DNA of 64,000 bases from an uncultured Spartobacteria bacterium (GTDB lineage: Bacteria > Verrucomicrobiota > Verrucomicrobiia > Chthoniobacterales > JAATET01): the NCBI GenBank assembly GCA_938011325.1, contig CALLUD010000002.1:39367-103366 (forward strand), written 5' to 3'. The notes below the pieces were generated by a model, which ran no database searches, was not told where the DNA came from, and was given only the letters and a program-made list of their open reading frames with translations. Shown here one piece after another: positions 36,525 to 46,127 of the stretch. The translations under genes and the position numbers were made by a program. The number at the start of each line of letters is the position of its first letter. The stretch's first letter is position 1.

Positions 36525-37224
36525 CGGAGTTTTGTGTGTGGACAAGGCGGCGGGGATGACGTCGCACGACGTGGTCGGCATCGTGCGCCGCGCGCTGGGC
36601 ACGAAGAAAGTCGGCCATTGCGGCACGCTGGACCCGCTGGCGACGGGACTTCTGCTCATCACGATCGGTCGGGGAACGAAGATCCAGGACCTGCTGATGA
36701 GCGAGGACAAGGAATACGTCGGCACGATGAAGCTCGGCGAGACGACCGACAGCCAGGACGCCGATGGGCAGATCGTGGAGACGAAGCCGGTGCCGGAACT
36801 TTCCGCAGAGCAGATCGACGCGGCCTTCGCGAAATTTCACGGCGACTTTTACCAGACGCCGCCGATGGTGAGCGCGATCAAGAAGGACGGTGTGCCGCTC
36901 TACAAGCTGGCCCGGCAGGGGAAGAGCGTGGAGCGCGAACCGCGGTTCGTGCATGTGTATGCGCACGAGATTTTGCGATTCGCTCCGCCGGAAATCGATT
37001 TCCGCGTGGTGTGCAGCAAGGGGTTTTACGTGCGGACGTATGCGCACGACATCGGACAGGAACTCGGGTGCGGTGCGCATTTGACGACGCTGCGGCGCAC
37101 GAAGTCCGGGCGCTTTACGTTGAGCGGCGCGGTGACGGTCGAGGAATTGAAAACGTTGCCGGCGGCCGAACTTGCGAGCCGGGTGATGAGCCTGCCCGAG
37201 GTGTCGCGTCTTCGGGGCGCGTGA
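36502..37224 (+). CDS. truB: tRNA pseudouridine(55) synthase
   Basis: VDKAAGMTSHDVV...HCGTLDPLATGLL. 23-nt overlap with nrnA. Confidence 0.94.
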   Translation: MQSGGSIDGVLCVDKAAGMTSHDVVGIVRRALGTKKVGHCGTLDPLATGLLLITIGRGTKIQDLLMSEDKEYVGTMKLGETTDSQDADGQIVETKPVPELSAEQIDAAFAKFHGDFYQTPPMVSAIKKDGVPLYKLARQGKSVEREPRFVHVYAHEILRFAPPEIDFRVVCSKGFYVRTYAHDIGQELGCGAHLTTLRRTKSGRFTLSGAVTVEELKTLPAAELASRVMSLPEVSRLRGA

Positions 37225-38153
37225 TGAAAATTCTCCATTCGATCGAGCAACTGTCGGAGCTGAAAGGCCCGGTGATGCTGTCGATCGGAGTCTTCGACGG
37301 AGTGCATATCGGGCATCAGGTCGTCCTGCGGCAGTCGCTGACCGCCGCCCGCCAGGCTGCGGGAACGAGCGTCGCGCTGACGTTCGACCCGCATCCGGCG
37401 CGCGTGCTGCGGCCCGAGAATGCGCCGCGGCTGTTGACGTCCACCCAGCACAAGGCGCGGCTGATCGGGGAACTCGGAATGGAGAACCTCCTCATCGTGC
37501 CGTTCGATATGGCATTCGCGCAGCAACCGCCGGAGGTGTTCATTCGCAGACTGGCCGGCGCCTGTCGTCCGCTGCGCCAGATCGCCGTGGGACACCAGTG
37601 GGCATTCGGCAGGGGACGGTCCGGAAATGTGGAACTCCTGCGCACGCTCGGAGCGGAACTGGGATTCGATGTTGTGGAAGTTCCCTCCGTGGTTGCGGAT
37701 GGCGAGACGATCAGCAGCACGCGCATTCGCGAAGCGGTGGAGCGCGGAGATCTCGCAACGGCGAAGCGATGGCTCGGGCGCGATTACACGATCCTGGGAA
37801 CGGTGGAGAGTGGTGACCGCGTGGGCCGGACGATTGGTTTTCCCACGGCAAATCTGCGCGCGCACAACGAGCAATTTCCGCCCAACGGCGTTTATGCGGT
37901 GCGCGTCACGATTGACGGCGAGTTGTTTTCGGGTGTCGCGAACATTGGCGTGCGGCCGACGGTGACCGGCGGCGCGGGGGATCGAAAGCTCGAGGTGCAT
38001 GTGATGGATTTTCACGGAGACCTCTACGAGAAGGAGCTCGACGTGGACTTCGTGAAATTCCTTCGCGACGAGCGGAAGTTCGACGGGGTGGAAACGCTGA
38101 AGCGGCAGATCGCTAGTGACATCGCGACCGCCCGGGAGGTCTTGAGCGCGTAA
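37224..38153 (+). CDS. ribF: bifunctional riboflavin kinase/FAD synthetase
   Basis: IGVFDGVHIGHQ...GFPTANL...HVMDFHGDLY. Confidence 0.95.
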   Translation: MKILHSIEQLSELKGPVMLSIGVFDGVHIGHQVVLRQSLTAARQAAGTSVALTFDPHPARVLRPENAPRLLTSTQHKARLIGELGMENLLIVPFDMAFAQQPPEVFIRRLAGACRPLRQIAVGHQWAFGRGRSGNVELLRTLGAELGFDVVEVPSVVADGETISSTRIREAVERGDLATAKRWLGRDYTILGTVESGDRVGRTIGFPTANLRAHNEQFPPNGVYAVRVTIDGELFSGVANIGVRPTVTGGAGDRKLEVHVMDFHGDLYEKELDVDFVKFLRDERKFDGVETLKRQIASDIATAREVLSA

Positions 38154-38267
38154 AGCTTGTGGGAAAGTGGCCTCGAAAAGGGCCGGCGCTAAAGGAAAAT
38201 ACCGCTCCTAGTCCCGCCATTGCCCGAAGTGAAATCCTGGTGACGGGAAGCCGGATTGCAGGGGGCG

Positions 38268-38741
38268 TTACCTGTCTTGGTGGAAATAAGGGTGAAACCG
38301 CAGCTTCAGCATCACGACGGGGGATGCCATGAGCAATGCGCCGATGACGAAGGAAAGGACGAATGAGGCGAGGGAGAGGACTCCATCCACATGGGCTCCC
38401 CAATATGCCCAGATGGCAATGGGATAGAACAGGACGACGGCGGTGCCCAGTCCGGGGGAGAATCTGCCTTTTGTGGTGAGGAAGGGAAGCACGTGAAAAA
38501 ATGTCGCGTTAATGATCATCAGTGCTGGCAGGCTCAGTGCATAAGCCGGCAGGGACCACGCGACGGCAGAGCAGGAGATGCCAAGGACCACGACCACTCC
38601 ATTGACGACCGCGAAGTGGCTCCAGCTCACGGGCAGCTTGAGGACATTGCTGGCCCATCCCTTCCAGTCAAACGTGTATTCCTCCGCGATATGAAAGGCA
38701 TACGCGAAGGTCGCGATCCAAAGGATGTAGGCGTGGCTCAT
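38268..38741 (-). CDS. HXXEE-domain membrane protein
   Basis: FHIAEEYTFDW near the N-terminus and four or more TM helices. Confidence 0.75.
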   Translation of the reverse strand: MSHAYILWIATFAYAFHIAEEYTFDWKGWASNVLKLPVSWSHFAVVNGVVVVLGISCSAVAWSLPAYALSLPALMIINATFFHVLPFLTTKGRFSPGLGTAVVLFYPIAIWAYWGAHVDGVLSLASFVLSFVIGALLMASPVVMLKLRFHPYFHQDR

Positions 38742-38920
38742 GTCTTTTCAGATCTATTGCACCAGGCTGAGGATCGAAAAATCCCTCAGGGCCGGACGGG
38801 CGCTTTTTTTGGGAAGAGCGACATGGATCGTGGAACGGTGGAAATGTGAGTCGAGAGCTGAGTTGCCGGGCTTTCTGAAGCGGGTCGTGATGCCGGCAGG
38901 TGCGGACGGCTGGTCCTTCT

Positions 38921-41620
38921 TCAGCTCTTCTTCGTGACCGAGAACGAATAGTTTCCCGAGCCGACTTCGAGCACGGCGCCGGCTTCGTCCCATTGCTTCG
39001 GCGTCACGCCTGCGGCTTCGGTAATGGGTTTGCCGCTTTCGGTGATCGTTGCTCCGCGTTCGGCGGGCAGGATGACGGTGGCGGTGGTGTTTGCCGGAAT
39101 GGAGACGTCGAGCTTGAACGTGCCGTTCTCGATCTTCCAATCGCTGGACACCGGACCTCGAACGGTGTCCACCGTGGCCTTTGCGAACGTGAGGTCCTCC
39201 ACGGGATTCGGCGCGATGACGATGTGCTCGAAGCCGGGAGCGCCGATGCGGATGCCCGCGAGCGCCTTGTAGAACCATGCCGCGATGTCGCCAAACATGA
39301 TGTGGTTGCGCGACTCGAGGCCGTCCCAACGTTCCCACATCGTGGTCGCGCCCTGGTCGATCCACCAGCCCCAGCTCGGCTTCGTGCGTTTGCCGGCCAT
39401 GCGGTAGGCGACGTCGGAGTGGCCACTGTCGGTGAGCACGTTCGGAATGTATTTCGAGCCCAGGATGCCGGCGTCGATGTGGCCGTCGGAGGCTTCAATG
39501 CTTGCGAGGAGATTCTCGATAACCTTCGGACGGTGCTGTTCCTCGACGACGCCGAAGAACAGCGCGCCAGCGAGGGCCGTCTGGCTGCCGTTGGCGTAGC
39601 TGCCGGTTTCGGGATCGAAGAATTTGCTGTTGAACGCGTCGCGGATTCTCTCCGCGAGTTTCGCGTATTTTTCCTGATCGGATTTTTTCCCAAGCACGCC
39701 GGCGACCCTCGAAAGAATCTCCGCGTCGCGGTAGTAGCAGAGCGTGGAGGTGACGGTCTCGGGCGTCCTGGTCTTCGCGGGCATCCAGTCGCCGAGGAAG
39801 CTTTCGTCGATGATGTGGTTCTTTGCCTTTGACCCGATGAAGTCCATGTAGGTCTTCATGTGGTCGTAGTGTGCGGCGAGGATGTCCGTGTCGCCGGTGA
39901 ACTCGTAAACCGTCCAGGGAATCTCGAAGAGCACCGCATCCCATGCCGGCGCGAAATTCGGTCCGAAGTTCAGGCCCCAGCCGCTGTTGGGAATGATCAC
40001 GCTGAGCCGCTCGCCGGGAATCACCGCGTCGCCGACGTCATCCATGTATTTGCGGTAAACCGTCGCGGCGTCGTAGTTGAAGAGACCCTGCTCCGCGGCG
40101 AGATGGGCGTCGCCCGTCCAGCCGTTCTTTTCGCGATGCGGGCAATCGGTGAAGATGCTGTGGAGATTGCCGAGGTAGGACCAACGGGCCAGCTCGAGAA
40201 TCTGATCGAGCAGCGGGTTCGAGCATTCGAAGGTTCCGCTTTGCTCGACATCGGTGTGCACGACGACGCCTTCGAGGTTGCTTGTGTCGAGTGAGCCCGG
40301 CGCGCCGGTCACCTGCACCCATTGGAAGCCATGATACGTGAAGCGCGGCGTGTAGGTTTCCTCGCCATCGCCCTTGAGCGTGTAGACATCCGTCTGCGCG
40401 CGGCCGCCGTGGGACTTGATGTGCTTGCCGATGTCGCGCATGTCCACAGTGCCGTCATCGAGGAGCTGATCGCTGCACGTCATCGTGATTTCGGTGCCCG
40501 CGGGCCCGGAGATTTTCAGCCGTGGCACGCCGGAGATGTTCTGTCCGAGATCGAAAACGAAGACACCCGGCTGCACTTCCTTTACGCTCTTCGCGGGGAT
40601 GGTCTTTACCTGCCGGATCGGCGGCATCATCTGGGCGACGAGTTTTCCTTTGGGCGGCTTCACGACGATGGCCGTGTCCCATTTCGAATCGTCGAAGCCA
40701 TTCGTGTCCCAGCCCGGAATCTCGAGCCGCGCGTCGTAGCTCTCGCCGCTGTAGATGTTGGTGAAAGTGATCGGGCCGTCTGCGGTCTTCCATTTCTCGT
40801 CGGAAACGAGCGTGAATTTCCGTCCGTCGGTGGTTTCGACGTCGATGCGGAGGAGGAGTTTTGCCGCGTCGCGCCAGGGCGCCTGCTCGAACTTCCAGAC
40901 CGCCGTGGTCTGCACGTTATACCAGCCGTTGCCGAGGATCACGCCGACCGTGTTTTCTCCGGACTTGAGCGCATCGGTCACGTCGTAGGTCGTGTAGACC
41001 ACGCGCTTGTCGAAGTCCGTGTAAGCGGGGTCGAGCACGTGGTCGCCGATCTTCTCTCCGTTGATCCGCAGCTCGTAGTAGCCGAGACCGCAAACGTAGG
41101 CGCGTGCGCGCTTGATCCCGCCGCTGATGGGAAACTCCGTGCGCAGGAGCGGCGCGGGCTCCGCCTCCGGGTTCGTCGTGCGACCAATCCACTTCGCGCC
41201 CCAGTCCTTCGGGTCGAGCAGTCCCATCTCGAATGTCGCCGGCTCGCTCCACGGGCCTGCGTTTCCGGCCTGATCCCACGAACGCACCTTCCACCATGCC
41301 GTCTGACCCGATTTCAACGGCACGCCGCTGTAGGGGATGTGAAGAGTCCCGGCGGAAGCGATCTTGCCGGAATCCCACAGGTCGCTTTTGTCCGATGCCA
41401 ACGCCTCGGGACTCGATGCGACCAGAATCTGAAACGCGATCTGACGCTGCGCGCGCTCATCGGACGTCAGCGCCCAGCTCAGGCGGGGCTTGGTGGCGTC
41501 GATCCCGATGGGATTTTCCAGCATCTCCGTGCGGAGACGCTCCGGCTGGAGGGCCGCAAACGATAGAACGGGCAGCAGGGCGAAAACCGGAGCGAGAAGC
41601 CGGAGGAGGGAACGGGACAT
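38921..41620 (-). CDS. secreted alpha-L-rhamnosidase (GH78)
   Basis: Signal peptide. The N-terminal block reads LRTEMLENPIGIDATKPRLSWAL..QIAFQILVA..LWDSGKI..WWKVRSWD. A six-hairpin catalytic region (DCPHREKNGWTGD) follows. Confidence 0.88.
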   Translation of the reverse strand: MSRSLLRLLAPVFALLPVLSFAALQPERLRTEMLENPIGIDATKPRLSWALTSDERAQRQIAFQILVASSPEALASDKSDLWDSGKIASAGTLHIPYSGVPLKSGQTAWWKVRSWDQAGNAGPWSEPATFEMGLLDPKDWGAKWIGRTTNPEAEPAPLLRTEFPISGGIKRARAYVCGLGYYELRINGEKIGDHVLDPAYTDFDKRVVYTTYDVTDALKSGENTVGVILGNGWYNVQTTAVWKFEQAPWRDAAKLLLRIDVETTDGRKFTLVSDEKWKTADGPITFTNIYSGESYDARLEIPGWDTNGFDDSKWDTAIVVKPPKGKLVAQMMPPIRQVKTIPAKSVKEVQPGVFVFDLGQNISGVPRLKISGPAGTEITMTCSDQLLDDGTVDMRDIGKHIKSHGGRAQTDVYTLKGDGEETYTPRFTYHGFQWVQVTGAPGSLDTSNLEGVVVHTDVEQSGTFECSNPLLDQILELARWSYLGNLHSIFTDCPHREKNGWTGDAHLAAEQGLFNYDAATVYRKYMDDVGDAVIPGERLSVIIPNSGWGLNFGPNFAPAWDAVLFEIPWTVYEFTGDTDILAAHYDHMKTYMDFIGSKAKNHIIDESFLGDWMPAKTRTPETVTSTLCYYRDAEILSRVAGVLGKKSDQEKYAKLAERIRDAFNSKFFDPETGSYANGSQTALAGALFFGVVEEQHRPKVIENLLASIEASDGHIDAGILGSKYIPNVLTDSGHSDVAYRMAGKRTKPSWGWWIDQGATTMWERWDGLESRNHIMFGDIAAWFYKALAGIRIGAPGFEHIVIAPNPVEDLTFAKATVDTVRGPVSSDWKIENGTFKLDVSIPANTTATVILPAERGATITESGKPITEAAGVTPKQWDEAGAVLEVGSGNYSFSVTKKS

Positions 41621-41898
41621 CTGTTCATGTTTGCATGCCTGTGATTGCCTGTGAAGCGGAAGGATCGTGCGGTGACATGCCGGAGAGAAAATCCGATTCC
41701 ATTCCTAATTTTTGCCTTCCGTCGGAGTTCGCTGCCGTGGTAGCAAGACAATCTGGGCGGACGTTATCTGCTGGAGGACGACTTCATGGGCCAACGCGAC
41801 AACCATCCGACAAGGACAAATGGCATGCGCCCGTCGTCCCAGTTCCCCGCCCACAGCCTGGCTCGTGGGCTGTTTCCCGGAATCAACCAAGACTCACC

Positions 41899-44800
41899 AT
41901 GCGGAACGATTGCAATTCAGTTAGTGGAATAGAGAAGGTTCATGCGATTTGTCGTCTTCGCGACTTGGGAGTCGCATTGACCGCGGCCGTGTTTTTCCTG
42001 GTCCCTGCGAAGGCTGCGGAGATTGAGACGGAATGGATCGGGCCGTTGGGGACCCCGGGAAGCTGGTTTGATGAGGCCAACTGGTCGAATGGGGTGCCGA
42101 ACAACACCGCGGAAGATTTCTATTCGGTATTTATCAATGCGCAGGATTTCGACGAGCCACCCTCCGTGGTTCTTCAATCCGGCGATGTGACCATCAGCGC
42201 CCTCAACAATCACGGAGAGCTGATGGTGGAAGAGGGGAATCTCACGGTGGATGGAGACGTGTGGCAGGAGGGATGGTTTGAGCTGACGGGAACGTTTTCC
42301 GTCGGCGGCAATTTTACCAACCTCCAGTCGATGTTCGTGGAGGCGGTGGGGGGTGATGCATCGCCCCCTTCGCAGGTGACGATCGCGAAGGATTTTCAGC
42401 AGTTTGCGTGGCTTGGCCTGAGCGATGCCTCCCTTTCCGTTGAAGGGAACTTTGTCAACAGCGGATGGACGGAGCTGGGATCCTCCTGGGACGACTCCGT
42501 GGGCCCGGCCCACGGCACGGTGGAAGGGAATCTCTACAACAGCGGCGAGCTTGAGCTTAACCGTGGATCGAGTTTTTCCGTGGGGGGAGATCTCGATAAC
42601 GACGGGGGATATCTGGTCGCCTTTGAGGCCACGCTCACGGTGACGGGCGGTCTGACGCAGCAACAAGAAGGCGTGCTCACCAGAGGAAGATACGTGGCGG
42701 AGTCCTCGGGGAATGAGACGGTTATCGAGTGGGCAGGGGCCGATATCGAAGTGATCGGGGAGGCTGCGATGGTAAGGATTTCTGGCGAGTCGGCTTCGAT
42801 ACGGGACGTGGATACGGGAGAAAGTGCCGTGCGGAATCTGCGCGAGGTTTATGGGCGTTTCAGCCTGTGGGACCACGACATGGACTTCGTGGAGGGCTTG
42901 AAAATTGGAGAGTTCGGCAGCGTCGACATCGGTGCTGGCGATTTTGTCGTGAATGGGAACCTTGACAACGAGGGAGGCCTGTTCCTGGGGATTGGAACGC
43001 TCTCGGTAGCGGGGAGCCTGGTGCAGCAGCAGGATGGAGTGCTGACGGGCGGGGAATATGAGATCGACGACGCCGTCCTCGAGTGGACGGGAGCGGACAT
43101 TGAAGTAATTGGAGAGGGCGCCTCCGTTTTGGTTTACGGCGAAGAGGCATCGATGCGGGATCGGGACTCCAAGGCAAGCGCCTTTCGAAACCTGCGCGAG
43201 GTTTATGGGGAATTCACTCTTTCCGAGCAGGACATGGAGCTTGTGCAGGGGCTGAAGATTGGCGAGTGGGGTGAAGTGGCTCTCAGCGTGGGGAGTTTTA
43301 CCGTGAATGGCGATCTTGATAACGAAGGATATCTGGCGGTGTCGCAGGGAGGAGGGCTCACCGTGACGGGTGGTTTGGTCCAGCAGCAAGGAGGTGTGCT
43401 GACGGGCGGGCAATACCGTGTGTTCTCCTCGGAAGGGGAAGCCTTTATCGAATGGACCGGCGCCGACATCGAGGTGATTGGAGACGACGCATGGGTGTGG
43501 CTGATTGGCGAGGCATCCATGCGGGATCAAGAGACCGGGGAGAATGCATTCCGTAACCTGCGGGAGATTCAGGGCCGCTTTACGCTGTCGGGGCAGGACA
43601 TGGAGTTTGCGCAGGGGCTGAGAATGGGAGAGGGGGGCTTCGCCGTTCTCGACGGAGGCGAATTTACAATAAACGGCGATCTCGAGATTGATGGTGGCGG
43701 CCTATTTTCCTCGGATGCCGTTTTTACCGTGAATGGTGATTTCGACAACGGGGGGTCGCTGACCGTGGAGGAGGAAGGAACATTCACCGTGATGGGCGCG
43801 CTGGTGCAGCAGCAGGATGGCGTGCTGACAGGCGGGCGTTACGAGGTCGGGGACGCGATCCTCGAATGGACCGACGCCAATATCGAAGTGATCGGGGAGG
43901 ACGTATCGGTGTGGATTTCCGGCGAAGTCGCGGCGATGCGGGATCGGGAGACGGAAGAAAGTGCCTTTCGAAATCTGCGCGAGGTGAATGGCAGCTTCGA
44001 TCTTCAGGCGCAGGACATGGCGTTTGCGCAGGGACTGAAGATTGGGAAATCGGGTGAAGTCTATCTTAGCGATGGAGATTTCACGGTGAATGGCGATCTC
44101 GATAACGAGGGATACCTGCTGGTGTGGGATGGCGGACGGTTCACGGTGACGGGCATGCTGGTGCAGCAGCAGGATGGCGTGCTGATCCGCGGAAGATATG
44201 AGGCGGATTCCTGGGGGGAAGGCTCCGTCCTCGAATGGACCGATGCCAATATCGAAGTGATCGGGGAGGACGCCTGGGTGTCGCTCTATGGGGAAGGGGC
44301 TTCCATTCAGGATCGGGAGACCGGGGAGAATGCCTTGCGTAATCTGCGGGAGATCAACGGCGGCTTTTGGGTGTCGCACCAGGACGTGGAGTTTGCGCAG
44401 GGGTTGAAAATTGGAGCGGAGGGTTACGTTTATCTCGGCTACGGCAATTTTGCTGTGAATGGCGACCTCGATAATCTCGGTGAGCTCGTGGTGCGGGACG
44501 CGCTCACAGTTTCCGGTCAGGTGCTTCAACTCGACCCGCAAAAGAAGCTTACGGGTGGTTCTTTTGTTATGGACGACGGGGTGCTGGCCTGGAGCGGAGC
44601 CAGGATCGAAACCATCGGCGAGGCTGCGTCGATCGAGTTGTGGGAGGACGGTGCGATCAGGAACTCGGAAGACGATTCAAATGCCCTGAGCGCGCTGAAG
44701 CGAAACGAAGGTTCGCTGAGTCTGAATGACCACGTCCTCGAGCTGGAAGGAGGGCTGGAGAACGCCGGCCGGTTGACGTTGCGGGATTCAAGGTTGGTTC

Positions 44801-45312
44801 TTGGAGAGGACGGTGCTTTGCAAAACGAAGGAAGTTTGATCGCGAAAGATGCCGTCGAGATTGAGATCGAAGGAGCACTGGAGCTGGTCGAGGGCGGTGT
44901 CCTGACGATTTACGGGGGGTATCTCGGTTGGGACAGCAACACCTACGAGGACATCTTTGGGCTGACGTTGGTGAAGGCGGGAGCCATCACTTTGGGAGGA
45001 GAAATCCAGCTGACGCTCGATCTCTGGGACGAGTGGATTCCGTCGGAGGATGGGGTTTACAAGATCCTCGAAGGCGATTCGCTGACCGGCACCTTCGATG
45101 GGCTGGCGGATGGATCCCGAGTCGCGTTGTGGGGGGATTGGGATACCGGAGATCGGGAGATCATCGGCACCTTCGCCATTACCTACGACTATGCGAAAGG
45201 CGAGGTGCTGCTGAGCAATTTCGCGGCCATCCCCGAGCCGGGCACGACATTACTCTTTGGCCTCGGCCTCGCGACGCTGCTGTGGAGCACGCGGAGGAAG
45301 GCCACCCGTTGA
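41899..45312 (+). CDS. PEP-CTERM-anchored surface protein with uncharacterised ~120-aa tandem repeats
   Basis: Signal-like N-terminus (...VFFLVPAKA) and a C-terminal IPEPGTTLLFGLGLATLLWSTRRK. The start is taken at the first ATG clear of the opposite-strand GH78 gene; the exact start is uncertain. Confidence 0.8.
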   Translation: MRNDCNSVSGIEKVHAICRLRDLGVALTAAVFFLVPAKAAEIETEWIGPLGTPGSWFDEANWSNGVPNNTAEDFYSVFINAQDFDEPPSVVLQSGDVTISALNNHGELMVEEGNLTVDGDVWQEGWFELTGTFSVGGNFTNLQSMFVEAVGGDASPPSQVTIAKDFQQFAWLGLSDASLSVEGNFVNSGWTELGSSWDDSVGPAHGTVEGNLYNSGELELNRGSSFSVGGDLDNDGGYLVAFEATLTVTGGLTQQQEGVLTRGRYVAESSGNETVIEWAGADIEVIGEAAMVRISGESASIRDVDTGESAVRNLREVYGRFSLWDHDMDFVEGLKIGEFGSVDIGAGDFVVNGNLDNEGGLFLGIGTLSVAGSLVQQQDGVLTGGEYEIDDAVLEWTGADIEVIGEGASVLVYGEEASMRDRDSKASAFRNLREVYGEFTLSEQDMELVQGLKIGEWGEVALSVGSFTVNGDLDNEGYLAVSQGGGLTVTGGLVQQQGGVLTGGQYRVFSSEGEAFIEWTGADIEVIGDDAWVWLIGEASMRDQETGENAFRNLREIQGRFTLSGQDMEFAQGLRMGEGGFAVLDGGEFTINGDLEIDGGGLFSSDAVFTVNGDFDNGGSLTVEEEGTFTVMGALVQQQDGVLTGGRYEVGDAILEWTDANIEVIGEDVSVWISGEVAAMRDRETEESAFRNLREVNGSFDLQAQDMAFAQGLKIGKSGEVYLSDGDFTVNGDLDNEGYLLVWDGGRFTVTGMLVQQQDGVLIRGRYEADSWGEGSVLEWTDANIEVIGEDAWVSLYGEGASIQDRETGENALRNLREINGGFWVSHQDVEFAQGLKIGAEGYVYLGYGNFAVNGDLDNLGELVVRDALTVSGQVLQLDPQKKLTGGSFVMDDGVLAWSGARIETIGEAASIELWEDGAIRNSEDDSNALSALKRNEGSLSLNDHVLELEGGLENAGRLTLRDSRLVLGEDGALQNEGSLIAKDAVEIEIEGALELVEGGVLTIYGGYLGWDSNTYEDIFGLTLVKAGAITLGGEIQLTLDLWDEWIPSEDGVYKILEGDSLTGTFDGLADGSRVALWGDWDTGDREIIGTFAITYDYAKGEVLLSNFAAIPEPGTTLLFGLGLATLLWSTRRKATR
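42637..44796 (+). repeat. in-frame tandem coding repeats, five conserved plus one degenerate copy, period 357-426 nt
   Basis: Units begin at 42637, 43003, 43360, 43786, 44143 and 44506, each opening with T/S-V-x-G-x-L-V/T-Q-Q-Q. Segments 43861-43903 and 44230-44272 match at 42 of 43 nt. Confidence 0.9.
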
Positions 45313-45456
45313 TGTCCGCTTGATTGGCCGGAGGGCCCAATGAGTTCGCCGGCCGGCGGATATAGCGTCGGTCACGGGACCGGGGCTTTGCGTGAGTCTC
45401 CCGGGCATCCTGGGCCTTGCGTGGTCCGCAGGAGGAGCGGATGATTTCGTCATCGT

Positions 45457-45999
45457 ATGAGCAGGGCGCGGGAACAGATCGACGCGGAGCTGGCGGAGTG
45501 GATCGGGCAGCAGAAGGTGTTTTTCGTGGGAACGGCACCGTTGTCGCCGGCCGGCCACGTCAACATCTCGCCGAAGGGCGGAGATGCCTTTCGGGTGCTC
45601 GGGCCTCTCGATGTCGCGTATCTGGATTACACGGGCAGCGGAGCGGAGACGGCGGCCCATCTGCGCGAAAATGGGCGCATTGTGATCATGTTCTGTGCGT
45701 TCGAGGGCGGGCCGAAAATCGTCCGGCTGCACGGTCGCGGGACGGTGCTCACGCCGGATCAATCGGGCTTTGCTGAGCTGGTGGAGAAGTTTTCGCGGAA
45801 TCCCGGAACGCGGGCGATCATTCGCGTGGCGGTGACGCGGGTGAGCGAGTCGTGTGGATTTTCGGTGCCGTTCTTCGACTACCGGGGTCCCCGGACCACG
45901 CTCGATCAATGGGCGACGAAACAAGGGCCGGAGGGAATGGCGAAGTATCGCGCCCGGGAGAACGCCCGCAGCGTGGACGGCCTGCCGGCGTTCGACTAG
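45457..45999 (+). CDS. pyridoxamine 5'-phosphate oxidase-family (FMN-binding split-barrel) protein
   Basis: VFFVGTAPLSPAGHVNISPKGG...YLDYTGSGAETAAHLRENGRIVIMF. Confidence 0.75.
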   Translation: MSRAREQIDAELAEWIGQQKVFFVGTAPLSPAGHVNISPKGGDAFRVLGPLDVAYLDYTGSGAETAAHLRENGRIVIMFCAFEGGPKIVRLHGRGTVLTPDQSGFAELVEKFSRNPGTRAIIRVAVTRVSESCGFSVPFFDYRGPRTTLDQWATKQGPEGMAKYRARENARSVDGLPAFD

Positions 46000-46127
46000 C
46001 AGCTTTTTCGGGCAGGGAAAACGACGGAGGAAAACTCCGTGAGTTCATCCGATGCGTGCGAAAATCGCGGGCTGGAAATGCACTTGTCAAAAGTGGGAAT
46101 GCATTTCTATTCAACCTGTTAGGAAGT

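Noticed and set aside
38767-38810. Plus-strand hairpin (CTGAGGAT..ATCCCTCAG) followed 14 nt later by T7, between the GH78 and HXXEE genes.
   Set aside because: Both flanking genes are on the minus strand, where this reads as an A-tract before the hairpin. The stem-to-T-tract spacing is too long for a canonical terminator, and there is no plus-strand gene to terminate.
41233-41898. The 222-codon N-terminal extension of the PEP-CTERM ORF as listed in the track (start 41233). Similar upstream extensions occur at 45852, 26154, 29219, 31286, 35044, 36361, 36534, 49669-51090 and 51993.
   Set aside because: The extensions overlap the preceding or opposite-strand gene and lack signal peptides or family motifs. 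Internal starts give canonical N-termini, often at ATGA or TGATG junctions.
42637-44796. The ~360-bp periodic DNA repeat, considered as a possible CRISPR array, satellite or non-coding repeat.
   Set aside because: The period is far too long for CRISPR and there are no short spacers. The repeat is in frame throughout one ORF, so it is a protein-coding tandem repeat.
46075-46107. Inverted repeat GAAATGCA-N17-TGCATTTC, 21 nt upstream of the second PEP-CTERM gene.
   Set aside because: Arms of 8 bp with a free spacer are common by chance, and no similar site precedes the first PEP-CTERM gene. This is insufficient to call an operator.
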